Under the pieces are notes generated by a model, which was given only the letters and a program-made list of their open reading frames with translations, was not told where the DNA came from and did no database searches. From assembly GCA_016699955.1 (NCBI GenBank), contig CP064993.1:690001-722000 (forward strand): a stretch of 32,000 bases of DNA, in the 5' to 3' direction. Shown here in pieces: positions 1 through 9,544 of the stretch. Source of the stretch: Candidatus Saccharimonadota bacterium. Its GTDB lineage: Bacteria; Patescibacteriota; Saccharimonadia; Saccharimonadales; UBA4665. Positions within the stretch are counted from its first letter, which is position 1; every line of letters begins with the position of its first letter. A program made the translations under genes and the position numbers.

Positions 1-477
1 GAAATTATTTTGGATTTGCGTGACAACCCAGGGGGAGAGGTGGCTTCGGCGGTTGGGTTAGGCGGCTTGTGGCTGCAAAAAGGCCAGATAATTGTGCAAC
101 AACGACGAGGTGACACAACGTATGCCACAGATACCGTATCGAACATTACCGCACCATTTAAGAGAATGAAAACGGCGGTACTCATAAATGGGGGTTCGGC
201 ATCGGCCTCAGAAATAGTTGCCCTGGCGCTTCGCGACCATCTTGGCGCACGTATCATTGGCGAAAAAAGCTACGGGAAAGGTGTTGTGCAACAGCTGGTG
301 CCATTTGATGACGGTAGCTCTCTGAAGGTAACGATAGGCAAGTGGTATTCGCCAAAAGGTACCAACATAGATAAAAAAGGTATTACCCCCGACCAGGAAA
401 TCAAACCGACAGAAGAAGATATCAAGTCAAAAAATGACGTCCAGCTCAAGGCCGCAACCGAATGGATTAGGCAATAA
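1..477 (+). CDS. C-terminal processing (S41 family) peptidase, 5'-truncated by window edge
   Basis: Frame 1 is open from base 1. The translation carries S41 hallmarks: (EII)LDLRDNPGG, the Ser-nucleophile region NGGSASASEIVA, and the GEKSYGKG Lys region. TAA stop at 475-477. Confidence 0.85.
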   Translation, partial: EIILDLRDNPGGEVASAVGLGGLWLQKGQIIVQQRRGDTTYATDTVSNITAPFKRMKTAVLINGGSASASEIVALALRDHLGARIIGEKSYGKGVVQQLVPFDDGSSLKVTIGKWYSPKGTNIDKKGITPDQEIKPTEEDIKSKNDVQLKAATEWIRQ

Positions 478-556
478 TACCGGTTGGAGCACAACAGGTT
501 GCATCTGGTAACCGAGCAGCGTATCATAAGTGGGATAAACAGAGAGGATTAGGCGC

Positions 557-2173
557 GTGAGTGATAAGCAAACAAAGTTTGTGTTTGTAACAGGTGGTGT
601 GCTTTCCGGGCTTGGCAAAGGTATTACAGCCGCTTCCATTGGTAACTTGCTCAAGGCTCGCGGCCTTTCCGTAAATCTTCAAAAATGCGATCCGTATCTA
701 AATGTCGACGCAGGCCTACTCAATCCGCGCGAACACGGAGAATGTTTTGTAACAAAAGATGGTGCCGAAACCGACCTCGATCTTGGCCATTATGAACGAT
801 TTCTCGACCAAGAGTTGACGCGTGAAAGTTCGCTCATGAGCGGCCGAGTGCTGCTTGGGGTTATTGAGGCCGAGCGCAGCGGCAAATACGAAGGCAATAC
901 GGTGCAAATTATTCCGCACGTGACACGGGCTATCCAGGATCACATATTGAAGGCATCGGACGGGTTTGATGTGCATATCGTCGAAATTGGCGGCACGGTT
1001 GGAGATTATGAGAGCCTGTCGTTTGTTGAGGCTATACGTGAACTAGGTATGCGCGTAGGGCGGAACAATTGTCTTTTTGTACACGTTGTGTACATGCCGT
1101 ACCTGGGTGCGAGCCATGAGTTTAAAAGCAAGCCAGCCCAAAATTCGGTACGTGAGCTGCGTGGTCTAGGTATAGCCCCAGATATTTTGGTTTGTCGCAG
1201 CGAGTCGCAAGCACCGGAAACTGTCAAAGACAAACTGAGCCTTTTTACTGGTGTCCAGCCAGAGGCAATTGCACTGCTTCCGAACGCGGAAAGCATTTAC
1301 CAGGTTCCTCTAACCCTAGAGGACACAGGCATAGCCGATGTAATTTGCAAGCAGTTGGCGTTTGATGTGGCCAAGCCAGATTTGCGTGACTGGCGTGGTG
1401 TGGTAAGCAAGGCGTTGTCAAAATCAAGCAAAACAGTAAAAGTGGGTGTGGTGGCAAAATATCTCGATAACGCCGACACCTATATGTCGGTATTTGAGGC
1501 CATACGTGCTGCCGCGTGGGCAAACGATGTTTCGGTTGATATCAGCTGGATAGACGCGCCCAAGCTGGAAACTGCCACAGATGACGAACTGGCAGCAGAG
1601 CTGCAAGCTGTCGACGGTATAGTTGTGCCTGGTGGTTTTGGTACGCGGGGCGTCGAGGGGAAAATTCGAGCCGCACAGTACGCGTTGACTCACGGGTTGC
1701 CGTACTTGGGTCTTTGCTATGGTTTGCACATGATGGTCATAGCGGCGGCACGGTTGCACGGCTACGCCGACGCAAATACGACTGAGGTAAACCCCGCAAC
1801 CTCCGCGGCAGTCATAGACACGATGGAAGGCCAAAAGGGCAAAGAAAACACCGGTGGTACCATGCGCCTTGGCGACTATGCGTGTCACTTTGAGTCTGGA
1901 AGCCTGGCTGCAAAGTTGTACGGTACGCAAGATATCGTCGAACGACACAGGCACCGTTATGAAGCAATGGGCAAGTATGTGGGTGAGTATGAAAGCTGGG
2001 GGATTCGTGCCAGTGGCATTAACCCAGACAATGGGCTAGTAGAGGTCATAGAAGGTGTCAACCATCCTTTCCTGATGGCTAGCCAGTACCACCCCGAATT
2101 TAAAAGTCGTCCTAATCGCCCGCACGCGATGTTCGCCGGCTTCATCGCCGCGGCCGCTGGTAGCACTAAGTAG
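557..2173 (+). CDS. pyrG: CTP synthase
   Basis: 538 aa with a GTG start. N-terminal FVTGGVLSGLGKGI synthetase motif. C-terminal glutamine amidotransferase domain with GLCYGLHMM (Cys nucleophile) and the YHPEF region. Full-length PyrG architecture. Confidence 0.95.
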   Translation: MSDKQTKFVFVTGGVLSGLGKGITAASIGNLLKARGLSVNLQKCDPYLNVDAGLLNPREHGECFVTKDGAETDLDLGHYERFLDQELTRESSLMSGRVLLGVIEAERSGKYEGNTVQIIPHVTRAIQDHILKASDGFDVHIVEIGGTVGDYESLSFVEAIRELGMRVGRNNCLFVHVVYMPYLGASHEFKSKPAQNSVRELRGLGIAPDILVCRSESQAPETVKDKLSLFTGVQPEAIALLPNAESIYQVPLTLEDTGIADVICKQLAFDVAKPDLRDWRGVVSKALSKSSKTVKVGVVAKYLDNADTYMSVFEAIRAAAWANDVSVDISWIDAPKLETATDDELAAELQAVDGIVVPGGFGTRGVEGKIRAAQYALTHGLPYLGLCYGLHMMVIAAARLHGYADANTTEVNPATSAAVIDTMEGQKGKENTGGTMRLGDYACHFESGSLAAKLYGTQDIVERHRHRYEAMGKYVGEYESWGIRASGINPDNGLVEVIEGVNHPFLMASQYHPEFKSRPNRPHAMFAGFIAAAAGSTK

Positions 2174-2359
2174 CGGCGGTAACTTTTTCACGCCACGCAT
2201 GCATGAGGGAAAGTGTTTCCCACAAAGGGAGCATCGATTTGTGAGATTATGGTCGCACAACTGACATGCTGGGATAGTCCCTCAGGCCTCGGCTTTTATT
2301 ATCGCTTGTCTCCAACTCTGTGCTTGACTCATGTAGCGCAGAGAAGTACCATTAGCAGT

Positions 2360-2752
2360 ATGGATGATACTGCAACACAAAGACCGAAGAAAATACTACT
2401 GGTAGAGGACGATGATGCGCTTGCTAACACCTATATAACACGCTTGCAGGCCGAAGGCTTTGACACCCGACGCGTTGCAAATGGTGAAGACGCACTTGCA
2501 GCGGCTCGTGAATACAAACCAAACCTTGTTGTACTCGACGCCATGATGCCTAAAATTAGTGGCTTTGACGTGCTAGACATACTTCGCAATACCCCAGAAA
2601 CCGCAAACCTAAAAGTCGTCATGCTCACCGCTCTCAGCCAAGAGAGCGACAAACAGCGGGCTCAAGGCCTCGGTGCTGACGACTACATGGTAAAAAGTCA
2701 GGTTGTCATGAGTGATGTTGTAGACCGCATAAAATTCCACCTCGGCGTGTAG
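2360..2752 (+). CDS. stand-alone CheY-like response regulator receiver domain
   Basis: Starting at the internal ATG (MDDTATQ..) gives about 130 aa. Canonical receiver residues are present: LLVEDDD, phospho-acceptor VVLDAMMP, MLTAL, and YMVKS (Lys). There is no output domain. The upstream 49 codons of the tracked ORF look like non-coding read-through. Confidence 0.85.
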   Translation: MDDTATQRPKKILLVEDDDALANTYITRLQAEGFDTRRVANGEDALAAAREYKPNLVVLDAMMPKISGFDVLDILRNTPETANLKVVMLTALSQESDKQRAQGLGADDYMVKSQVVMSDVVDRIKFHLGV

Positions 2753-2782
2753 CTAAACCAGTCGAATTTTTATCCTGCCAGA

Positions 2783-2803
2783 CCCTGAAAGGGGTTTTTC
2801 TTT
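2783..2803 (+). terminator. weak candidate intrinsic terminator after the receiver gene
   Basis: CCCT-GAA-AGGG short stem followed by GTTTTTCTTT. The stem is only about 4 bp. Confidence 0.25.
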
Positions 2804-2876
2804 GTATTACAGCACCCGAACATTGACTTTTTATAAAACTTGTGCTAATAATATATACAGGAAACAAAACAAAAAA

Positions 2877-4490
2877 ATGTCAGAAGTCGTAAAAATAAAT
2901 GAGCAGGTTGATTATGAGTTAGCACCCAGTGCCGATTATCAAGCAATGGTAGCTAATGGCCTCAAGGGAAGTGCTGAGCTTGGCTTTTATGTAGCTGATT
3001 CTCTTGCCGTAACGGTAGGGTCTGAAACGGTAACACCAGAAATAGAAGAACAGGCTAGAGAAGTTACGGAGCTGACGGCAAGTATTGCACGAGACATGCA
3101 GTTAAATGGCAGCTTTTTCGAAAGACCAGCAAACACGATTATGTTAACCGCAATTGCAGATTCTTGGTTTAGAAACGAAGTGGCTGCTGCTGATCCAAAT
3201 GCGGATAGGCCTAGGATAATCGCGGAACGCGAGGCGCTTGTCGATATAGCCAGCATGCTTGCCGGTAAGCAAGCGGGTACGGTTCGGGATATTGCTATCG
3301 CTGACCCTACCAGCTGGCATCGTTACATAGAAGGTGCTTCTGATCCCGACCAAGTCGAACGAGATATGTTCGTGGATAGTCTTGTAGACCCAGTACTGAG
3401 TGATCGAATTCAAAATATACTTACGATGACGGGAGAAGGGTCATTTCTTGATGCACAAAGAAAAGCCCTAGGTGTAGAGGGCGAGAACGAACAAGCCTTT
3501 AGAGTTAGGGTCCTCTCAGTAGCCGAAAGTGTAGATATCTATACAGCTCACATTCAGCCCGAACCCCAGTATCCCGATTTGGGTTGGGATTATCGTGAGC
3601 ATACAGATGATGAAAATGCGGCTCATTCCGCAACCTTAGATGAGGCAATCAAACAGAGTGAAAGGAATTCGGCTGCAACAAAATTGCTTACAGACCCTTA
3701 TGATGTGTATATGAAACGTTTTGGTGATAAATTTGGTGGATTACAGCCCGCATTCGTAGATATAAATGAAGACAAAATCCCGCAGGTCTATCTTCGTGCT
3801 CCACAGGCATTGGCAATAATAAAGTATTTTAATAACGAACAATTTCCAGAAGGAAGCTTGGAACGAAGAGATGTTGAGGATATTTTCGCAATAGTACGCC
3901 ATGAATATGGCCACACGCAAAAAAATATGACGTTTGGTGTACATAATCAGCTAGGATTGATGGTTGAAGAAAGAAAAGCTGAATATATCTCTGGCGATAA
4001 ACAAGGCTATCAGGATGTGAAAAATCTGTTTACGGATCTTTCATTTGCGACAGGTGTTTCGGTTACCAAAGATATTCTTGCTGATGCATTAAAACAGGGA
4101 GATTCGCTTTCTGCCTTTCTTGCTCCTGCAGCTCAAAAAATCGGCATGCGCAACGCCATGCTACTAATGGCGCTGAAGCCATTACCGTATGAACGATACC
4201 CTCAACAAGCCAAGGAGTTTGTTGATTTGAGCAAACAACAGAGACCGACAGACGCCTCAAGTCTAGAGATACCAGTAAGGGAAACTCTAGAGAAGTTAGG
4301 CCATGAGAAAATGGACGGGGCAATCAATAAATGGATGCGTGATGTGGATGAAAATAGTGCGAATGGTCTCGACGATTTTCATGAGGAATGGTTACCTTCG
4401 TATAGACGACATCACGGCATGGGTATTAGTGCGGCAAAAATTTCTAAAGCTGTTAAGGAAATTCGTGCCGCGAAAAAGGCGCCGCAGTAA
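2877..4490 (+). CDS. hypothetical protein with HExxH (HEYGH) zinc-metallopeptidase-like motif
   Basis: Long ORF. The likely start is the ATG at 2877 (MSEVVKINEQ). IVRHEYGHTQ is followed about 20 residues later by VEERKAEY, a possible gluzincin third ligand. No signal peptide or TM segment is evident, and I recognise no other family signature. Confidence 0.55.
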   Translation: MSEVVKINEQVDYELAPSADYQAMVANGLKGSAELGFYVADSLAVTVGSETVTPEIEEQAREVTELTASIARDMQLNGSFFERPANTIMLTAIADSWFRNEVAAADPNADRPRIIAEREALVDIASMLAGKQAGTVRDIAIADPTSWHRYIEGASDPDQVERDMFVDSLVDPVLSDRIQNILTMTGEGSFLDAQRKALGVEGENEQAFRVRVLSVAESVDIYTAHIQPEPQYPDLGWDYREHTDDENAAHSATLDEAIKQSERNSAATKLLTDPYDVYMKRFGDKFGGLQPAFVDINEDKIPQVYLRAPQALAIIKYFNNEQFPEGSLERRDVEDIFAIVRHEYGHTQKNMTFGVHNQLGLMVEERKAEYISGDKQGYQDVKNLFTDLSFATGVSVTKDILADALKQGDSLSAFLAPAAQKIGMRNAMLLMALKPLPYERYPQQAKEFVDLSKQQRPTDASSLEIPVRETLEKLGHEKMDGAINKWMRDVDENSANGLDDFHEEWLPSYRRHHGMGISAAKISKAVKEIRAAKKAPQ

Positions 4491-4605
4491 TTGATTTTAG
4501 TATAGACATTAGCGCAAGTGAGCTATTGATTTGACCTTTTTCGGTGTAGCACGCATGGCCAGTGTTTTAGCATTTATGTATACAAGCTTGTAGAATTGGT
4601 GTGTT

Positions 4606-4878
4606 TTATTCGACGGTGACTTCGGTGCGACGGACTGAGCGGCCAGAGAAGGTGCGCACTTTGCGGCTTGCCATTTTCACGGTGCCGTCTTGGGCGGCAT
4701 GGATGGTAAAGTTGCGGCTCATGCTCGTGCCTTTACCAGCGCGCTTGCTTGCGCCTACCTGGCGAACAATAACTTGACCGGTTTTGACTACTTGACCACC
4801 AAATAGTTTGACACCTAGGCGTTGGCCTTGGCTATCGCGGGTATTTTTACTTGTACCACCGGCTTTGACATGTGACAT
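4606..4878 (-). CDS. rpmA: 50S ribosomal protein L27
   Basis: MSHVKAGGTSKNTRDSQGQRLGVKLFGGQ..IVRQ(V)G matches the L27 consensus (M-AHKKAGGS..GRDS..KRLGVK.FGG). AAGGAG Shine-Dalgarno lies 6 nt upstream of the ATG at 4878. The longer tracked ORF (to 5007) is an artefactual extension. Confidence 0.93.
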   Translation of the reverse strand: MSHVKAGGTSKNTRDSQGQRLGVKLFGGQVVKTGQVIVRQVGASKRAGKGTSMSRNFTIHAAQDGTVKMASRKVRTFSGRSVRRTEVTVE

Positions 4879-5024
4879 ATTTGCTCCTTTAGCGCGGCCA
4901 TAAATGCTGCGCGGCGCCTTACACTGCATCCACCATTGGCAGGGCCTTGACGGTGGTTTAAGTGACGCATTAGATTTGTTAAAAATAAAGCCGGAGTAGT
5001 ACTCCAAACCTCAATTCTTAGGGG

Positions 5025-5054
5025 ATTATACGCTAAACGACCCCTGAAAGTCAA
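5025..5054 (-). promoter_or_regulatory. sigma70-like promoter for rpmA (TTGACT-18 nt-TATAAT)
   Basis: The minus strand reads TTGACT (5054-5049), an 18-nt spacer, then TATAAT (5030-5025). This implies a 5' UTR of about 140 nt before rpmA. Confidence 0.5.
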
Positions 5055-5057
5055 CGG

Positions 5058-5735
5058 TTATCGGGATTTGTCGGTGCGGAGGAAGCGAACACCGGCGTAG
5101 ACAAGTGGAGTTGTCATGAGCGATAAGCCGCAGCGCAACAGCCAGTACGGTATGAGCAACCCAATTATAAATGAAAGATTGTCTTTAAAACCGACGTTGA
5201 GTGCGTAAAAAGCGGCCGTAAGAAATACGGCTGAATCGACAAATTGCGAGACGAAGTTAGAGGCGTTGTTGCGGAACCACAGTGCCCGTTTATGCATGCG
5301 GGCGCGCAATTTGGCAAAAATGGCAATATCAAGAAATGCGGAAGAGGCAAAGGCAATCAAACTTGCTATAGACATACGAATCGAGTCGTGAAAGATACTA
5401 TCATAACTGGCTTCATTTCCAGCTGAACGAGCGGATGGTGGCAGGGAAGTTGCCAGCGTGGTGTAGAAGATGAGTAGTACAATCACTGCGAGGCCGGTGA
5501 GTACCATACTGCGAGCGCGTTCTCGGCCACGAACTTCAGTCACAACATCGGTAAGTGTGAAAAGAAGTGGCATGAGAAATATTGCTACACTAGCGCGGAC
5601 AGTGTAGTCGCCTAGGCTACCAATGACAAAAGTCTTTGCGCCCATCAGTTCGGCTGTCATGATGCCAAAAATGTAGAGCGCAACAACTAAATCTGCTGGC
5701 CGTATTAATTTTTTCACCTCTGTTAATTTCATCAT
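5058..5735 (-). CDS. yhhQ: queuosine-precursor transporter, YhhQ/DUF165 (VUT) family membrane protein
   Basis: 225 aa and polytopic. The layout parallels E. coli YhhQ: LFTLTDVVTEV.G, then SLIAFASSAFLDIAIFAKLR, then a segment ending NASNFVSQFVDSAVFLTAAF. Confidence 0.7.
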   Translation of the reverse strand: MMKLTEVKKLIRPADLVVALYIFGIMTAELMGAKTFVIGSLGDYTVRASVAIFLMPLLFTLTDVVTEVRGRERARSMVLTGLAVIVLLIFYTTLATSLPPSARSAGNEASYDSIFHDSIRMSIASLIAFASSAFLDIAIFAKLRARMHKRALWFRNNASNFVSQFVDSAVFLTAAFYALNVGFKDNLSFIIGLLIPYWLLRCGLSLMTTPLVYAGVRFLRTDKSR

Positions 5736-5751
5736 AGGCTTGTAGTTTACT

Positions 5752-6903
5752 CTACTTTTTCTGCAATGTCACGAGTTCACGACCGACTATTTGCCCCTCG
5801 CGGTGGTATATGAGATCTTGTGCCAAAGCGTGCTTGAAGTGAATGCGCTCAAATTCCATATCACTCAAGTGTTGAATTAGCGGCAGATGCTTTTGTTCGC
5901 GACCGTCAAACCAACAGGGTACAGCGAGGCATAGACGGGTTTTTGATTTAAGTTGTGGGGCAATGTTTTGCAGAAAGCGTTTGAGTATGAGGTTTACTTC
6001 ACTAATGGTTTGCGCGAGAATGGCGCTGCTCGGTTGCTCGGTGAAAGGTCTCCCCAGGTATGTTTCGCATGCAACGTAGTCTATTGGTTGCTGCCAGACA
6101 TGTGTTGTCGCATCACCTATTTCTATAACAGGCCTGGGAGCAGGTAGCCGGCAGGTTGCAAGCAGCCACTCTATGTTTTGTTGAGAATATGCCACCATCC
6201 GCTCTTCTAAATCAGACCCGTAAGCTGTAAATCCCGACAAAATAGCTTCTTGCAGAATAACGCCTGTTCCACAGAACGGATCAAGGATTTGGGCACGCTG
6301 CTTTGCTTCATTTGCGCCATTGTATGGGTGGGCGGGTTGTGAAGCCGCTGCGAGGTTTATGATGATCTGGGCTAGTTTAGGTGGCAGCATGCCGACACGC
6401 GCGTCTCGTTTTGGTCGTCCGCGGTCGCGAAGCGTGTAGCTGGCGATGTCTTGTACACAAATAGTTTTTGCAATGTATGTCTTTTCGGAGTCAGCAATAA
6501 GAAGGAGCTCTGCGCCGTTTGGCGTAACCAGTCGATTGTGAATGACTTGGGCAGTGCCTAGCTCGGTCTCATTGTTTGGTACAAGCCGTACCGAACCCTC
6601 ATACCGTGAACGAATCACTTTTTTTAGGGTGAGACCAAGGGCATTTAGTTTTGCGGGTGATATGTCGAAACCGTAGGCAGACAATCCCAGGTGAAACTTG
6701 CCAGAGGTCGGAAGGGCAAATGCGGTGGATTTGGCTAGTTCAATAAGCGATTTTTCGACTTGCTTCCAGCTGGTGCCAGACATTTCTCCGAGAACTGCCG
6801 CTAGGCGAGTACTGCCACCGAGCCGCAGAAATTCAATTTGTTGTACGTCAAGCGACATCCCAGCGGCATGCCCTTTGTATCGGTACGACGGCACTCGGGC
6901 CAT
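5752..6903 (-). CDS. SAM-dependent methyltransferase, UPF0020/Trm11-RlmL-like putative RNA methylase
   Basis: PPKLAQIIINLA followed by the motif-I sequence LDPFCGTGVILQEA and the acidic loop YGSDLEE, as in UPF0020 RNA methylases. The usual (N/D)PPY motif is replaced by CETYLG. An alternative start (MSLDV) exists at 6858. Confidence 0.55.
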   Translation of the reverse strand: MARVPSYRYKGHAAGMSLDVQQIEFLRLGGSTRLAAVLGEMSGTSWKQVEKSLIELAKSTAFALPTSGKFHLGLSAYGFDISPAKLNALGLTLKKVIRSRYEGSVRLVPNNETELGTAQVIHNRLVTPNGAELLLIADSEKTYIAKTICVQDIASYTLRDRGRPKRDARVGMLPPKLAQIIINLAAASQPAHPYNGANEAKQRAQILDPFCGTGVILQEAILSGFTAYGSDLEERMVAYSQQNIEWLLATCRLPAPRPVIEIGDATTHVWQQPIDYVACETYLGRPFTEQPSSAILAQTISEVNLILKRFLQNIAPQLKSKTRLCLAVPCWFDGREQKHLPLIQHLSDMEFERIHFKHALAQDLIYHREGQIVGRELVTLQKK

Positions 6904-6993
6904 ATAAGCTCTCGAGCTCAGCGAGACCCAACGCCGGCTGTCTCCCCAAAATGCAAACAGATTGAATCATGCCTGTATAATAACATGTAGTAT

Positions 6994-8055
6994 ATGGCAG
7001 AGACTTCCTTTATGCGGCGAAACTGGAAAGTGTTACTAAACGTAGTGACGGTGATTGCGTTGGTTGTGCTAGTCGTAGCTATACGTGATCAGTTTAAGGC
7101 CACTTTTGAAAATTTGTTCAAAGTTCACATCTGGGTGCTTTTGCTAATCCCGGTGATACAGGCGCTCAATTACGATGCCCAGACTCGTCTGTACCAAGAT
7201 TTGTTTGCCATAGTCGGGAACAAACTCCGCTACAAGGAGCTGTATAAAAGTGCGCTGGCTCTGAACTACGTCAACACGGTTTTCCCCAGCGGCGGTGTGA
7301 GCGGAATATCCTATTTCGGCGCACGGATGAAAGGCACTGATATTACTGGGCCGAAAGCATCTGCTGTGCAGCTCTTTAAGCTTATTTTGTATTTCTTAAG
7401 TTTTGAAGGGTTGATTATGGTGGGTGTGTTTGCCTTGGCGTTGCAGGGTCAGATGAATAGCCTGGTACTACTGCTGGCAGGCACAATTTCAACAGTGGTC
7501 GTTATAGCAACCGCGGCGATGGGTTTTATCATCAGTAGCAAGCGGCGGATTTCCGGATTCTTTGCGTACATGAGTGTATTATTGAACCGAATTATTCGTG
7601 TTGTTCGACCAAAGCACAAAGAGACAATCAAAATTGACCGCGTCAGGCGGGTTTTTGACGACTTGCATGAAAATTATATGTTGATGACGCGCGATTTGCG
7701 TAAGCTGAAACGGCCGCTTTTCTTTGCTATGCTGGCCAGTTTTTGGGAAGTGCTGACAATATATGTTGTGTACGTGGCATTTGGAGAATGGGTTAACATC
7801 GGCGCTGTTATCTTGGCTTATGCGATTGCAAACTTTGCAGGGCTTATTAGCGTGCTACCAGGCGGTATAGGCGTTTATGAAGGGCTAATGACTCTGACCC
7901 TCACGGCAACCGGTATACCGTCACGCTTAAGCCTGCCGGTAACAATTATGTACCGCATACTTGCTATCAGTGTTCAGCTTATCCCTGGGGCATACTTTTA
8001 CCACGAGCATTTGGGGCAAAAAGAACCACCGACCATCGAAGTCAAAACAGATTAA
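6994..8055 (+). CDS. UPF0104 / LPG-synthase-TM (flippase-like) family integral membrane protein
   Basis: 353 aa with about 8 hydrophobic segments. The C-terminal signature LPGGIGVYEGLMTLTL..G is typical of the UPF0104 (YbhN-like) family. A TGTATAAT extended -10 lies at 6974-6981, only 12 nt before the ATG. Confidence 0.6.
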   Translation: MAETSFMRRNWKVLLNVVTVIALVVLVVAIRDQFKATFENLFKVHIWVLLLIPVIQALNYDAQTRLYQDLFAIVGNKLRYKELYKSALALNYVNTVFPSGGVSGISYFGARMKGTDITGPKASAVQLFKLILYFLSFEGLIMVGVFALALQGQMNSLVLLLAGTISTVVVIATAAMGFIISSKRRISGFFAYMSVLLNRIIRVVRPKHKETIKIDRVRRVFDDLHENYMLMTRDLRKLKRPLFFAMLASFWEVLTIYVVYVAFGEWVNIGAVILAYAIANFAGLISVLPGGIGVYEGLMTLTLTATGIPSRLSLPVTIMYRILAISVQLIPGAYFYHEHLGQKEPPTIEVKTD

Positions 8056-8198
8056 CAGATTGTTGTCTCTTTTGGTCGCATGACTAAAACTCCTCACCCC
8101 TCAAAGCATTGCTCTCGCTTGCTGGCACCTTAGGAGCCAACAGTAGTGCTTACACCGAGCTGGGGTTATAATGTTGACATGATAATGGGTGTTTCACT

Positions 8199-9341
8199 GT
8201 GACAGCACATAGGCCAACGGAGGACCTGGTTTTTTCGGTCAGCGATTTTGTCGCGGTACTCAACCAAACACTCGAGTTCGCCTACCCATATGTTGCGATT
8301 GAAGGCGAACTGACCAATTTCCGAGTGAGTAAAAACCGATGGGTGTTTTTTGACCTCAAGGACGAAACGGCAAGTTTGAAATGTTTTGCAACGGTTCGTG
8401 AACTTCCGGGGCCGCTCGAGGATGGGATGGTTGTGAGGGTTGAGGGCTCGCCGCGTTTGCACCCGCTGTATAACTTTAGCATTCAGGTACAGGCTATACG
8501 GCCCCTAGGGGAAGGCTCACTGAAGCGGGCAGCTGATTTGCTTGCTTCCAAGCTTGAAAAAGAAGGTCTTTTTGACTCAAGTCGAAAGCGTCAACTGTCA
8601 TACCCACCGCGCAGGGTTGCGCTAATTACGGCGGGTGACTCGGCAGCTTATGCGGACTTCATAAAAGTAGTGGGTGCGCGGTGGGGTGGTTTACGCATTG
8701 ACCAGTACAATGTTCTCGTTCAAGGCGAACAAGCCCCGGGTGAGATTATTGCCGCACTTAAAACTGTGAACGAGTCAGATACACCGACTGATGTGGTTGT
8801 CCTGATTCGGGGCGGCGGCAGTGTTGAAGACCTGGCCGTGTGGAGCGATGAACGTGTTGTGCGGGCGATTGCGGGCAGTCGGGTACCCACACTAGTTGCC
8901 ATAGGTCATGAAATAGATGTGTGCCTGGCCGAACTTGCGGCCGATTGTCGGGCAAGCACGCCAAGTAATGCGGCTGAGTTGCTTGTACCTGATCGGAAAG
9001 AGGAACTACGACACCTGCGTGCGTATGAGCAACGTCTGAATGAGCAGTTAGCGCAGGGAATCATGCGCCGCCGAACGGGATTGGTTATGCTCGCCGAACG
9101 GCTTGACGAAGAGCTAGCCGAGGTATCAAAACACGCCCGGCAGCGGCTTAGTGCCGCTCAGTCACTGTTAGCCGCGTATGATCCAGACCGCCCGCTGCGG
9201 CAGGGGTATGCGCTCGTACGTGCCGGTACGCACCTTATTACCCGAGCAGCTCAGTTGCACCCCGGCCTCGAAATTGAGGTAAAATTGATAGATGGTACGG
9301 TGACATCTCAGGTGAAATCTATAACGACTAAGGAGAAATAA
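8199..9341 (+). CDS. xseA: exodeoxyribonuclease VII large subunit
   Basis: N-terminal OB-fold pattern (SVSDFVAVLNQTLE...VAIEGELTNF....RWVFFDLKD) and catalytic core (VLIRGGGSVEDLAVWSDE.V.RAIA.S..P.L.AIGHEID). It is followed by xseB with an ATGA-type overlap. Confidence 0.9.
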   Translation: MTAHRPTEDLVFSVSDFVAVLNQTLEFAYPYVAIEGELTNFRVSKNRWVFFDLKDETASLKCFATVRELPGPLEDGMVVRVEGSPRLHPLYNFSIQVQAIRPLGEGSLKRAADLLASKLEKEGLFDSSRKRQLSYPPRRVALITAGDSAAYADFIKVVGARWGGLRIDQYNVLVQGEQAPGEIIAALKTVNESDTPTDVVVLIRGGGSVEDLAVWSDERVVRAIAGSRVPTLVAIGHEIDVCLAELAADCRASTPSNAAELLVPDRKEELRHLRAYEQRLNEQLAQGIMRRRTGLVMLAERLDEELAEVSKHARQRLSAAQSLLAAYDPDRPLRQGYALVRAGTHLITRAAQLHPGLEIEVKLIDGTVTSQVKSITTKEK

Positions 9342-9544
9342 TGAGTAACAATTTTATGCAATTTGATTACGCTGCAAAGACTGCAGAGCTGGAGGATATA
9401 CTGGCACACTTGCAGGCAGAGGATATCCAGCTCGATGAAGCGCTGAAGCTGCATGCCGCAGGGAAGCTATTGATAGCCGACATAGAAGACTACCTGAAAC
9501 AAGCCGAAAATGAAGTGACAAAGCAGCTAGCGAAAGGTGCATAG
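9341..9544 (+). CDS. xseB: exodeoxyribonuclease VII small subunit
   Basis: 67-aa helical protein with LEDILAHLQAEDIQLDEALKLHAAGKLL, typical of XseB. Its start overlaps the xseA stop. Confidence 0.85.
   Translation: MSNNFMQFDYAAKTAELEDILAHLQAEDIQLDEALKLHAAGKLLIADIEDYLKQAENEVTKQLAKGA

Noticed and set aside
716-2166. Multiple 60-176-aa ORFs on the minus strand inside pyrG (for example 1424-1954 and 1006-1296), plus similar antisense ORFs inside the RND gene, glyQS, the helicase and the 757-aa gene
   Set aside because: They lie entirely within strongly supported genes on the opposite strand. They have low-complexity, Arg/Cys/Ser-rich translations and no start-site signals. These are typical shadow ORFs.
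4879-5007. N-terminal extension of the L27 ORF (tracked as 4606-5007, 133 aa)
   Set aside because: L27 homology begins exactly at MSHVKAGG, which has AAGGAG 6 nt upstream. The extension crosses the predicted promoter and leader and has no protein-like features.
5736-5751. preQ1 riboswitch upstream of the YhhQ-type transporter
   Set aside because: Only 16 nt separate it from the upstream methyltransferase stop, so there is no room for an aptamer. The genes are probably co-transcribed.
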